Of a DNA stretch of 41,632 nt, positions 1 to 8,439 are shown piece by piece (position 1 is the first letter of the stretch; each line of letters begins with the position of its first letter). The stretch lies in the sequence record NC_027994.1. The stretch is one strand, 5' to 3'. The notes beneath the pieces were generated by a model. It was not told the DNA's origin. It saw only the letters and a list, made by a program, of their open reading frames with translations, and did not search any database. This DNA is from Escherichia phage K1H. A program made the position numbers and the translations under genes.

Positions 1-1251
1 ATGAGTATTCAGCTATCCGCACCGCAGGCACTGTTCCTGAATTGCGATAACAAATACAAAGCCTATGTCGGCGGCTTCGGCAGCGGAAAGACATTTGTTG
101 GCTGCCTTGACCTGCTTACGTTTATGCTCAAGCATCCAGGTACGCGCCTGGGTTACTTCGGCCCGACATACCCGGCTATCCGTGACATCTTCTACCCGAC
201 ATTTGAGGAAGCCGCTAACCTGCTCGGCCTCGATGTGCTGGTTAAATCTGGCGACAAAGAAGTCGTGGTTACTCGCGGTAAGACGGTGCTCGGTACAGTT
301 ATCTGCCGTTCTATGGATAACCCAGGCTCGATAGTCGGCTTCAAAATCGCTGCTGCGGTCGTGGATGAGCTTGATGTATTGAGCCGTGAGAAAGCTGAGC
401 TGGCGTGGAACAAAATAGTCGCCCGTATGCGTCTGGTTATCCCCGGCGTAACTAACCACATCTCTGTCACCACGACACCGGAAGGGTTCAAGTTCGTCTA
501 CGCCAAGTTCAAAGAGAACCCGACGCCGAGTTACTCGATGGTGCAGGCTTCTACACACGAGAACGCGCGATTCCTGCCGCCTGACTACATTAGCTCACTG
601 ACCGAGACTTACCCCGCGCAACTGATTAACGCGTACCTGAACGGTGAGTTCGTTAACCTGACATCCGGCAGCGTGTATTATGCGTATGACCGTCGCAAGC
701 ACCGCAGCAAAGAGACAATTCAACCGGGCGATACACTGTACATCGGGCAGGACTTCAACGTTACGAAGAACGCCAGCGCCGTGTATGTGCAACGTAAAGA
801 CGGCTGGCACGCGGTGGCAGAACTGAAAGGTCTGTTTGATACGCCGGACACCGTGCGTGTAATTACTGAGAAGTGGAAGTCGCAGGGCCACCGCATAGTC
901 GTTTACCCGGACGCCAGCGGCAAGAACCGCAAGACCAACTCGGCGTCAATCTCAGATATTGCGTTACTCCAGCAGGCCGGTTTCGATGTTCGCGCTAAAT
1001 CCGCCAACCCTCCGGTTAAAGACCGTGTTTTAGCCGTGAATACCGCACTGGAAAAAGGTAAGCTGTGGGTTAATGACCACTTATGCCCCGAGATAGCGAA
1101 GACGCTGGAGCAGCAGGCATACGATGATAACGGAGAGCCAGCTAAAGACGGCATCATTGACCATATGGCGGATGCTCTCGGCTATCCTGTAGTTTACGAG
1201 ATGCCGGTGGTTAAACCAGTAATCAACATCCCGGTGACTTTCGCACTTTAA
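1..1251 (+). CDS. terL: Terminase large subunit
   Basis: 416-aa ORF; N-terminal Walker A-like GGFGSGKT; directly downstream of small terminase and upstream of portal. Confidence 0.85.
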   Translation: MSIQLSAPQALFLNCDNKYKAYVGGFGSGKTFVGCLDLLTFMLKHPGTRLGYFGPTYPAIRDIFYPTFEEAANLLGLDVLVKSGDKEVVVTRGKTVLGTVICRSMDNPGSIVGFKIAAAVVDELDVLSREKAELAWNKIVARMRLVIPGVTNHISVTTTPEGFKFVYAKFKENPTPSYSMVQASTHENARFLPPDYISSLTETYPAQLINAYLNGEFVNLTSGSVYYAYDRRKHRSKETIQPGDTLYIGQDFNVTKNASAVYVQRKDGWHAVAELKGLFDTPDTVRVITEKWKSQGHRIVVYPDASGKNRKTNSASISDIALLQQAGFDVRAKSANPPVKDRVLAVNTALEKGKLWVNDHLCPEIAKTLEQQAYDDNGEPAKDGIIDHMADALGYPVVYEMPVVKPVINIPVTFAL

Positions 1252-1262
1252 GAGGACAACAA

Positions 1263-2756
1263 ATGGTTTCCGCAAACATTAACGCAGGGCAAGGGCAGAA
1301 CGTTAAAACCCGCCACCGCCAGTACGAAGAGTATTTCCCTAAGTGGCAGAAGGTGCGACATGCGCTTTCTGGCGACCTGACATCGTATCTACGTGACGTC
1401 AGTAAGAACGAGCCGGACCCGGTTTACGGTCGCCAGCGTCAGGCTGAATACGAAGCGGGGGCAATTTGCTACAACTTCACCAAGCGAACGCTTTCAGGCA
1501 TGGTCGGCAGCGTAATGCGCAAAGACCCCGAGATGATTATTCCGTCTCAGATGGAATACCTGACCACTAACTGTGACGGGTCGGGCGTTGGCCTGTGGCA
1601 GCACGCACAGGATACTCTGTATGAGATTGATGCTGTTGGTCGCGGTGGTTTGCTGGTTGACGCCCCCGCGGTAGAAGTAGCTACCATGGCAGAGCAAAAC
1701 GAGGGTTTACTAAACCCAACAATCGCTTTCTACACCGCAGAGAACATCATCAACTGGCGTCTCCAGCGCGTCGGGTCTGTTAATCGTGCGGTTATGGTTG
1801 TATTGCGTGAGGAATACGAGTACACCGATGGCGCGGATGAGTTCAGCCCCAACTACGGCGAGCAATACCGAGTCCTTGATATTTTCGAAGGCCAGTATCG
1901 CCAGCGTCTGTACCGCTTTAACCAGAAAGGTGCACTGACGGAAGGTGGCTATATCGAAATATTCCCGAAACTCGGTAATATTCCGGTCGGGGTGATTCCG
2001 TTCACGTTCATCGGCGCGGGAAATAACGACTCAACCCCTGACGATGCACCTTTGCTGCCGTTGGCTGAACTTAATATCGGGCACTTCCGCAACAGCGCGG
2101 ACAATGAGGAGTCCAGCTTCGTCGTAGGCCAGCCTACTCTGTTCATCGCCCCCGGTGAGAACATGAGCATGGGACAATGGAAAGAAGCCAACCCTCACGG
2201 AGTGCGTATGGGGTCACGTTCTGGCCATAACATCGGTTACGGCGGCAATGCGTTTCTGGTCCAGGCCGGTGAGAACAACCTAGCCAAGCAGAACATGTTG
2301 GATAAAGAGAACCAGGCAATCCAGATTGGTGCACAGCTTATTACCCCGACGCAGCAAATCACCGCGGAATCGGCACGCCTGCAACGCGGCGCTGATACGT
2401 CCGTTATGGCAACAATCGCACGTAACGTAAGCATGGCGTATACCGATGCGTTGCGCTGGGTCGCGGGTATGCTTGGGATTAGCGACAGCACTGAAATTGA
2501 GTTCAAACTGAACATGGAGTTCTTCCTGCAACCAATGACCGCTCAGGACCGCGCGCAGTGGATGGCGGATATTAACGCGGGCCTGTTACCGGCTACCGCT
2601 TACTATGCTGCGTTGCGTAAGGCGGGGGTAACTGACTGGACAGACGAGGACATTCAGAACGCTATCGAGGATGCGCCTCTGCCATTAGGTGCTGTTGCTC
2701 AGGTGGCTGGGGAGATTCCGCAGTCGGCGCAGCAAAAAGACCCCACCCAGCAGTAA
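1263..2756 (+). CDS. Portal protein
   Basis: 497-aa ORF immediately after terL, canonical position and size; followed by a hairpin terminator. Confidence 0.75.
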   Translation: MVSANINAGQGQNVKTRHRQYEEYFPKWQKVRHALSGDLTSYLRDVSKNEPDPVYGRQRQAEYEAGAICYNFTKRTLSGMVGSVMRKDPEMIIPSQMEYLTTNCDGSGVGLWQHAQDTLYEIDAVGRGGLLVDAPAVEVATMAEQNEGLLNPTIAFYTAENIINWRLQRVGSVNRAVMVVLREEYEYTDGADEFSPNYGEQYRVLDIFEGQYRQRLYRFNQKGALTEGGYIEIFPKLGNIPVGVIPFTFIGAGNNDSTPDDAPLLPLAELNIGHFRNSADNEESSFVVGQPTLFIAPGENMSMGQWKEANPHGVRMGSRSGHNIGYGGNAFLVQAGENNLAKQNMLDKENQAIQIGAQLITPTQQITAESARLQRGADTSVMATIARNVSMAYTDALRWVAGMLGISDSTEIEFKLNMEFFLQPMTAQDRAQWMADINAGLLPATAYYAALRKAGVTDWTDEDIQNAIEDAPLPLGAVAQVAGEIPQSAQQKDPTQQ

Positions 2757-2766
2757 GTTCACATAT

Positions 2767-2789
2767 AGCCCCGAAAGGGGCTTTCTTAT
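2767..2789 (+). terminator. Intrinsic terminator-like hairpin after portal gene
   Basis: AGCCCC-GAAA-GGGGCT stem-loop followed by TTCTTATA. Confidence 0.5.
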
Positions 2790-2792
2790 AGT

Positions 2793-3869
2793 ATGCTATT
2801 AACTTTAGCGCCACAGGGTTTATCTATGAGCTTACTTACATCACTAATCAGCCACCAAATATGGCTGCAACGCACCGCATCCGGTGAGGTGAAAGACCTC
2901 GCGCCGTTCATTAAGGAGATGCGGGACGAAATCAAACGGCAGGTGCTGCTATTCGGCGACGACGGTCGCAGCACTGCGCGACTGAATAAACTGTTACGTG
3001 ACCTTGAAGAAGTACTGACAGGACTTACTGGTGACTGGCAAACAAAGCTGGCAGAAGACCTCAAGGAACTGGCGGTGTATGAAGCTGAGTGGAACGTAAA
3101 GACCCTGACCGCCAACGTAGATGCGGAATTTGTTACGCCCACCGCCGAACAGGTGTGGGCCGCTGCTGAGTTTCAGCCATTATCATTGAGTGGCAAGCCA
3201 GTTGATTTCACTAAACTGATGTCAGGTTGGGGTGAAACGGAAGTAGCACGTCTTGTAACCAGCGTTAAGATGGGCTTTGTACAAGGTCAAACAACACGGC
3301 AGATTGTTAAGAATGTAGTAGGCGCCGGTGGGCTGGCTGACATCTCTGAGCGTAACGCCGCTACCGTCATCCGCACCGCGCTGTCTCACGTGTCCAACGA
3401 AGCCCGTAACGAGACGTACCGCCAGAACGACGACATCATCGAGAAGTACGAGTGGGTGTCAACGCTTGACAGCCGCACCAGTACGATTTGCAGGGTCAGA
3501 GACGGGATGACGTGGGAAATTGGTAAGGGGCCGATACCCCCAGCCCATCCGAACTGCCGGTCGTGCACGGCTCCGGTAATCAGTTCCGAGTTCGACTTCC
3601 TCGATAAAGGCGCAAAACGCGCGGCTAAAGGCGCGGAAGGTGGCACTCAGGTAAGCGCAGACACCACTTACTACGAGTTCCTTAAACAACAACCGGCGTG
3701 GTTTCAGGACCAGGCGCTCGGCCCGGTGCGAGGTAAGATTTTCCGTAACAGCGGTATATCGCCGGAAGAGTTTCGCGTAATATCTGTAGATGGTTTCGGG
3801 AATCCGCTCACGCTTAAGCAGATGGCGGAACTCGATAAACGTGTTGCTGATTATCTGAAAGGGTATTAA
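2793..3869 (+). CDS. Head morphogenesis protein (putative, Mu F / SPP1 gp7-like by position)
   Basis: 358-aa ORF between portal and capsid assembly genes; start uncertain (2793 or internal ATG near 2826). Confidence 0.55.
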   Translation: MLLTLAPQGLSMSLLTSLISHQIWLQRTASGEVKDLAPFIKEMRDEIKRQVLLFGDDGRSTARLNKLLRDLEEVLTGLTGDWQTKLAEDLKELAVYEAEWNVKTLTANVDAEFVTPTAEQVWAAAEFQPLSLSGKPVDFTKLMSGWGETEVARLVTSVKMGFVQGQTTRQIVKNVVGAGGLADISERNAATVIRTALSHVSNEARNETYRQNDDIIEKYEWVSTLDSRTSTICRVRDGMTWEIGKGPIPPAHPNCRSCTAPVISSEFDFLDKGAKRAAKGAEGGTQVSADTTYYEFLKQQPAWFQDQALGPVRGKIFRNSGISPEEFRVISVDGFGNPLTLKQMAELDKRVADYLKGY

Positions 3870-4330
3870 TGATGGGCTTTTTCAAAGTAACTGATGTACC
3901 GTCACGTCGCGTAGTCCAGTACGCCCGCGTGTCTGGCTCTGGTGAGAACGTGGTGTTTATTGATGATGAAAGTGTACTCGGTACACCCGAAGACGATATG
4001 CCGTTTGCAGATAAAACCGGTATTGCGTTACCCGCGGCGGGCATGCTTTATGAAATTCCGTATCTGGCGGATGCAGGTGACGTGTATTTCTCGGTGCAAC
4101 CGAAAGACACCGAGCTGGTCGACGGTAGCGCCACCATCACCGTCGAAGTTAAGGCGGGTAAAGCGCCGTGTGTACTGACCTGGTACAAAGACGGTAAGGA
4201 AGTGGTAAACGCCCCGGAAGAGGCTTTGTCTCTAACGGTTAATGCAGTTGGCGAATACTTTGTTAAAGTTACTGATGCCGATGGTGTAGAGGCCGTAAGC
4301 AAAGCGGCGAAGGTTACTAAGCCAGAATGA
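3869..4330 (+). CDS. Hypothetical structural protein
   Basis: 153-aa ORF with ATGA-type overlap to upstream gene; followed by bidirectional terminator. Confidence 0.5.
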   Translation: MMGFFKVTDVPSRRVVQYARVSGSGENVVFIDDESVLGTPEDDMPFADKTGIALPAAGMLYEIPYLADAGDVYFSVQPKDTELVDGSATITVEVKAGKAPCVLTWYKDGKEVVNAPEEALSLTVNAVGEYFVKVTDADGVEAVSKAAKVTKPE

Positions 4331-4331
4331 T

Positions 4332-4359
4332 AAAAGGCCCCTTTCGGGGCCTTATTTTT
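4332..4359. terminator. Bidirectional intrinsic terminator
   Basis: GGCCCC-TTTC-GGGGCC with T-run on + strand and A-run (T-run on - strand) on the other side. Confidence 0.6.
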
Positions 4360-4361
4360 CA

Positions 4362-4463
4362 TCAAAGTTCACCATTCCCGCTATCTGCGTCCTCGACCCC
4401 GCTAACAGCCCACACAAACAATCCTAAATTAACCAGTAACACAAATGAAATTGCTACCATCAT
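4362..4463 (-). CDS. Small hydrophobic peptide (33 aa, MMVAISFVLLVNLGLFVWAVSGVEDADSGNGEL)
   Basis: Internal ATG of track ORF 4362..4553; GGAGG Shine-Dalgarno 4-5 nt upstream; own promoter (TTGCAG-17-TACTAT) and terminator; single predicted TM helix. Confidence 0.4.
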   Translation of the reverse strand: MMVAISFVLLVNLGLFVWAVSGVEDADSGNGEL

Positions 4464-4489
4464 AACCACCTCCACTATACGTTTACTTA

Positions 4490-4518
4490 ATAGTACCCTA
4501 TTATGTTGGTGTCTGCAA
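4490..4518 (-). promoter_or_regulatory. Sigma70-like promoter, class 1 (TTGCAG-N17-TACTAT) with embedded dyad TAATAG-N4-CTATTA
   Basis: -35 at about 4513-4518 and -10 at about 4490-4495 (minus strand); spacer nearly identical to three other class-1 promoters. Confidence 0.5.
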
Positions 4519-4559
4519 ACTATTTGTTTACGTATTCCAGTTATTCCACTCAATTGTAA

Positions 4560-4584
4560 ATGTTGGAATAAGCTATTCGAATAG
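4560..4584. repeat. Half-site cluster GAATAA / CTATTC / GAATAG plus ATGTTGGAATAA direct-repeat copy 1
   Basis: ATGTTGGAATAA (4560-4571) recurs at 5343-5354; CTATTCGAATAG is a perfect 12-bp palindrome (4573-4584) abutting a -35 hexamer. Confidence 0.6.
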
Positions 4585-4613
4585 TTGACTTTTCACCAAA
4601 AATGTGCTAAGCT
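4585..4613 (+). promoter_or_regulatory. Sigma70-like promoter (TTGACT-N17-TAAGCT with TGn extended -10)
   Basis: TTGACT 4585-4590; TG at -15/-14; weak -10 TAAGCT 4608-4613. Confidence 0.4.
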
Positions 4614-4792
4614 CCACCTGAGCTTGTGAAGTATGAACAAGCGACCGCGGCGCGGGCAGGTAACGGAGCGGGACGTAAGTCCTGAGTGTAGTTACGCTGA
4701 CGCGTTCGGAAGGGCCATACTCTATTGCTTGTGTAAAAAGTAACTGGTTTACTGAGATTACGCCGTTTCTATGTTTAAATGATAAGGACTAG

Positions 4793-4820
4793 CGCCCCGC
4801 TTTAAGGCGGGGCTTTACTT
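4793..4820 (+). terminator. Intrinsic terminator
   Basis: GC-rich stem CCCCGC/GCGGGG followed by CTTTACTT; the same hairpin sequence recurs inverted at about 34970. Confidence 0.5.
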
Positions 4821-4837
4821 ATCGAGAAAGGGGAAAC

Positions 4838-5224
4838 ATGAATCTTAAAGCAACTGTCGTAGCGGGAGCATGTTTCATCATCCTGGCTTACGCACACGGC
4901 ATCTACCAGTATCGCAGCGGCTGGAACGGAGGCCGGGCAAATCTCGTTTCGCAGCAACAGCAGAAAGCACAGGCTGAGTTAGCTAAGAAAACACAACGGC
5001 AGCAGCAGGATGAGTCGAAGGCCGCAGCCGCTGATAACGAAGGCAAGACGAAATCAGAGGTAATCACCCGTGAAGTCGTTAAGTACATTAAAACGCCTGG
5101 CCGCAGCGTGTGCACTTTTGACCCTGAGCGCGTGCAGCTCAAGTCCCGCGCCGTCGCAAACGCCAATTCCATCCCCGGATACGACGATGATGCAGCCGCC
5201 GTGCAAACTGGCACTGCCAAGTAA
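4838..5224 (+). CDS. Rz: i-spanin (Rz-like)
   Basis: 128 aa; N-terminal TM segment, Q/A/K-rich coiled-coil periplasmic domain; contains overlapping +1-frame lipoprotein ORF; AAAGGGG SD upstream. Confidence 0.75.
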   Translation: MNLKATVVAGACFIILAYAHGIYQYRSGWNGGRANLVSQQQQKAQAELAKKTQRQQQDESKAAAADNEGKTKSEVITREVVKYIKTPGRSVCTFDPERVQLKSRAVANANSIPGYDDDAAAVQTGTAK

Positions 5225-5333
5225 CGACGCGGACGAGGATTTAGCTATTGACGTCCAGAACGCAGAATGTGTACGGCAACTGAGACTTAAAGTGTTCATG
5301 TTGCAGGATTACGTGAGGAATATTCTGGAATAG
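5070..5333 (+). CDS. Rz1: o-spanin (Rz1-like outer-membrane lipoprotein)
   Basis: +1 frame inside and beyond Rz; signal peptide with lipobox LSAC, proline-rich mature region. Confidence 0.7.
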   Translation: MKSLSTLKRLAAACALLTLSACSSSPAPSQTPIPSPDTTMMQPPCKLALPSNDADEDLAIDVQNAECVRQLRLKVFMLQDYVRNILE

Positions 5334-5342
5334 TTGCCTTGT

Positions 5343-5367
5343 ATGTTGGAATAATTTATTCTTGACA
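5343..5367. repeat. ATGTTGGAATAA direct-repeat copy 2 plus palindrome GAATAA-T-TTATTC and TTGACA
   Basis: Second copy of 12-mer; 13-bp palindrome 5349-5361; TTGACA 5362-5367 without a convincing -10; followed by hairpin AATCCGGG-TGGC-CCGGATT. Confidence 0.55.
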
Positions 5368-5412
5368 TGTAAATCCGGGTGGCCCGGATTCCAACGTCCA
5401 GGGGACATACTG

Positions 5413-6039
5413 ATGAGCGAAGAAGTGAAAGACGAAACTATCGAACAACAAGAGACTAAGACCACGTTTACCAAAGAAGAAGTTGACGCGCTGGTATCCG
5501 GTCTTAAAGCTAACAACGAGAAACTCTTGTCTGAAAAGAAAGCTGCCGCCGCTGCCGCGAAAGAAGCCGCAGATGCGAAGCTGAAAGCCGAACAGGAACG
5601 CGCAAAACAGAACGGCGAACTTGAGGCATTCGAGAAAACGTTACGCAGTCAGTATGAGCCAGTTCTCGCCGAGAAGGACGGTAAGATTAGCAAAATGGCT
5701 GAGCGTATCCTCGGCGCAGAACGTAAATCAGTTATCAGCCAGTTGTCTGGAATGTTGATTGATGAGAGCGCAGCGGATATCATCGCTATGATGGTCAAGA
5801 CCGAATTCGACGGCGATGACGTTGTGACCAAGTTCACAGGTGCAGATGGTAATGTCATCACCACCGACGCAGAGCAATTTAAAAAGTATCTGCGTGAGCA
5901 CAAAGCATTTTCGCATCTGATTAAAGCAGATGCAGCAACCGGCGGCGGGGCTTCCGGTAACAAAAATTCTACTGGCGGGGCCGGTGGTGCGGACGTAATC
6001 CAGCAAAAACTTAACGCCAAATACGGCAAACGAGGATAA
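5413..6039 (+). CDS. Scaffolding protein (putative)
   Basis: 208 aa from ATG 5413 with AGGGGA SD; acidic, alanine/lysine-rich helical protein directly upstream of major capsid gene. Track ORF starts earlier (5362). Confidence 0.65.
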   Translation: MSEEVKDETIEQQETKTTFTKEEVDALVSGLKANNEKLLSEKKAAAAAAKEAADAKLKAEQERAKQNGELEAFEKTLRSQYEPVLAEKDGKISKMAERILGAERKSVISQLSGMLIDESAADIIAMMVKTEFDGDDVVTKFTGADGNVITTDAEQFKKYLREHKAFSHLIKADAATGGGASGNKNSTGGAGGADVIQQKLNAKYGKRG

Positions 6040-6045
6040 CAGAAT

Positions 6046-7014
6046 ATGTCTCTGTCAGATATGAAGGTTTATAACGACGATATCGTCGGTACCACTATCG
6101 AACTGCTTGGTCAGAAAACTGACCAGTTTAACGCGGCCTCCGGTGGCGCAATTGTACTGTCTACTGCCTCATGGCGCGGTGATTTCTCCCGTGAGTCTTT
6201 CTTTAACCAGATTGCCTCCGCTAAACGCCGCGTTGACCGTTACGCCGCTATCGCGTCTCAGGCAGCTACCGCGCTGACTCAGGGCGAGCATGTAGGCGTT
6301 AAAGTCGCTGGCGGCTTCGGACCGGTACTGTTCGAGCCTGCGCAAATGACCTGGCTGAACGAAGACCCGGCGAGCGCGATTCGTGCTATTTCCGAAGGCT
6401 TCTCTGACGCACTGTTAGCGGACCAGCTTAACACCGCTGTTGGTGCCGCCGTTGCCGCGGTATCAGGTCAGACTGCACTGGTTAACAATGTATCCGCGAC
6501 CGCTGGCTTGTCCCTGAACGTGCTGAACAACAGCCACGCTAAATTCGGCGACCAGTCTCAGCTGCTGATTACCGACATCATGACTGGTGCTGCTTATCAC
6601 ACGCTGGTAGATAAAGCGCTGACTAACGCAAACCAGCTGTTCGTTGCCGGTAACGTTATGGTTGTCGATGTTCTCGGCAAGCGTTACGTAATCTCTGACA
6701 TTCCTGCGCTGTACGAGGCCGGTACTCCGAACAAGACTAAGGTCCTGTCCGTAGTTGCAAACGGCATCATCGTTGATAATGCTTCTGATATTATCAGCAA
6801 CATTGATACCAGCAACGGTAACACCCGCATCCAGACCACCTGGCAGGCGGATTACAGCTTCGGCCTGAAACTGAAAGGCTATAGCTGGGATGTCGCCAAC
6901 GGCGGTAAATCTCCGCTGGACGCAGAACTGTTCACCGCGACCAACTGGGACAAAGCTGTTGCCGAGAGCAAACACACCCTCGGTACTCTGGCAATCGCCG
7001 ACGCGGACAAGTGA
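6046..7014 (+). CDS. Major capsid protein
   Basis: 322 aa following scaffold; followed by strong terminator. Confidence 0.75.
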   Translation: MSLSDMKVYNDDIVGTTIELLGQKTDQFNAASGGAIVLSTASWRGDFSRESFFNQIASAKRRVDRYAAIASQAATALTQGEHVGVKVAGGFGPVLFEPAQMTWLNEDPASAIRAISEGFSDALLADQLNTAVGAAVAAVSGQTALVNNVSATAGLSLNVLNNSHAKFGDQSQLLITDIMTGAAYHTLVDKALTNANQLFVAGNVMVVDVLGKRYVISDIPALYEAGTPNKTKVLSVVANGIIVDNASDIISNIDTSNGNTRIQTTWQADYSFGLKLKGYSWDVANGGKSPLDAELFTATNWDKAVAESKHTLGTLAIADADK

Positions 7015-7034
7015 TACAGTTAGTGGTAAAAACA

Positions 7035-7057
7035 AAGGGGCTACGGCCCCTTTTTAC
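7035..7057 (+). terminator. Intrinsic terminator after capsid gene
   Basis: GGGGC-TACG-GCCCC plus TTTTT. Confidence 0.6.
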
Positions 7058-7071
7058 TAGGAGAAATTAAA

Positions 7072-7239
7072 GTGGAAATTAAATATGTACCAATGCCGAT
7101 TACCATCGAGCAGAAGCGAGAATATAACCGTCGGGGGTTCCGTGTAGTAGATGCTCGTTTCGCACCAGAAGGCACCGTGGTAGAATCGGCTAAAGAAGAG
7201 ACACCACGCCGCCAGCGTCGGGCTAAATCAGAGGAATAA
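7072..7239 (+). CDS. Small basic protein (55 aa, GTG start)
   Basis: AGGAGA SD 7 nt upstream of GTG; ORF ends 3 nt before next gene; below ORF-track size cutoff. Confidence 0.4.
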   Translation: MEIKYVPMPITIEQKREYNRRGFRVVDARFAPEGTVVESAKEETPRRQRRAKSEE

Positions 7240-7242
7240 TTT

Positions 7243-7755
7243 ATGCCGCTAATCGTGGAAGACGGGTCGATAGTACCTAACGCTGACAGTTACGTTAGTC
7301 TGGCCGACGCCCGCGCGTTAGCGGCTAATTACGGTCTTGTGTTGCCGGCAGACGATACCGCCGCAGAGGTGGCCCTGCGCAACGGCGCTACTTATGTTGG
7401 GCTTGCGGAACCTCAGATGTGCGGTCGACGTGCATCCGCCGAACAGTCTCTGGCGTACCCACGTACAGGAACAACACTAAACGGCTTCACCGTAGCGGAT
7501 AATGTTATCCCGTCGCAGTTAATCCGGGCACAAGTAATCGCTGCGGTTACGTATGGTGCGGGTACTGATGTTCGGGCTAACTCAGATGGGCGTTCCGTGC
7601 AGACTGAGCGTGTTGAGGGTGCTGTGACAGTGACATACTTCAACAACGGCAACAGCGGCGCCACAACCGCTATTACCGCTGCGGACGACGCATTACGCCC
7701 GTTACTGTGTGGCGGTCTTAACAACGGCTTCTCATTTAATGTGTACCGGGGTTAA
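7243..7755 (+). CDS. Head-tail connector/adaptor protein (putative)
   Basis: 170 aa; position after capsid; N-terminus resembles gp6-like connector proteins (weak recollection). Confidence 0.5.
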   Translation: MPLIVEDGSIVPNADSYVSLADARALAANYGLVLPADDTAAEVALRNGATYVGLAEPQMCGRRASAEQSLAYPRTGTTLNGFTVADNVIPSQLIRAQVIAAVTYGAGTDVRANSDGRSVQTERVEGAVTVTYFNNGNSGATTAITAADDALRPLLCGGLNNGFSFNVYRG

Positions 7756-7757
7756 AA

Positions 7758-7985
7758 ATGGCGAAGACTAAAACAGAGATATTTACGCTAATCGGGTCCG
7801 AGCTACCTGACAACACGACCGGGCAAATTACACCAGCTAAGTTGCGTGGCGTACTTACGCAGATGGCCGACTCGCCTATTTACACCACTCCCGGTGTTAA
7901 AGATGTTGAAGTTCTCCGTGCCACATCAACAGTAACGCAAGCGCCTACCGCGCTACTGGTTATCTCGAGACTGGAGGCCGCCTGA
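7758..7985 (+). CDS. Hypothetical protein (structural module)
   Basis: 75-aa ORF, tightly packed. Confidence 0.5.
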   Translation: MAKTKTEIFTLIGSELPDNTTGQITPAKLRGVLTQMADSPIYTTPGVKDVEVLRATSTVTQAPTALLVISRLEAA

Positions 7986-8083
7986 TGAATAAGTTCACAT
8001 GTGGTGTAGTTTTTGGTTTTCTTACCGCGGTAGTCTTGCACAGTTACGGTGTTCTTTTGACGCTGCAAGAGGTGTTAAAATGA
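7985..8083 (+). CDS. Small hydrophobic peptide (32 aa, MNKFTCGVVFGFLTAVVLHSYGVLLTLQEVLK)
   Basis: GGAGG SD 7 nt upstream; start overlaps upstream stop (TGATG) and stop overlaps downstream start (ATGA). Confidence 0.4.
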   Translation: MNKFTCGVVFGFLTAVVLHSYGVLLTLQEVLK

Positions 8084-8439
8084 GCACCGCCTTTAGTAAA
8101 CGTATGCAAGGCGTGGGTACACGCCTACTAACCAAATTCGGCAGCACGGTATCTCTGGTTCGCGCTGGCTCGAAAGTGTGGGATGAAGTTCTCGGCGAAT
8201 ACATCTGGTCAGATGATGAAGTGCTGCCGCTGAAAGCCGTACCCGTTCCGGTTAACTCGGGCTTGGTTAACGGCACAACCATTCAGGCGGGAGACATGAT
8301 TGTTAAAGCCGATTGCAGCGTCGTTCCTAAGATGGAAGACAAGGTGCAATTCGGCGGCGAGCAGTGGTCGGTAGTATCCATTGAGAAGAAGATGGTTAAC
8401 GATGACGTTGCGGCTTACTTCATTCAGGTGAGAAAATGA
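8080..8439 (+). CDS. Head-tail joining / head closure protein (putative)
   Basis: 119 aa from ATG 8080 with GAGGTG SD; track ORF extends to 7999 without SD. Confidence 0.5.
   Translation: MSTAFSKRMQGVGTRLLTKFGSTVSLVRAGSKVWDEVLGEYIWSDDEVLPLKAVPVPVNSGLVNGTTIQAGDMIVKADCSVVPKMEDKVQFGGEQWSVVSIEKKMVNDDVAAYFIQVRK

Noticed and set aside
4327-4584. Plus-strand 85-aa ORF in the intergenic region after gene 3869..4330
   Set aside because: Overlaps a terminator and promoter elements, low-complexity product, no RBS; the region is better explained by the minus-strand mini-gene and regulatory elements.
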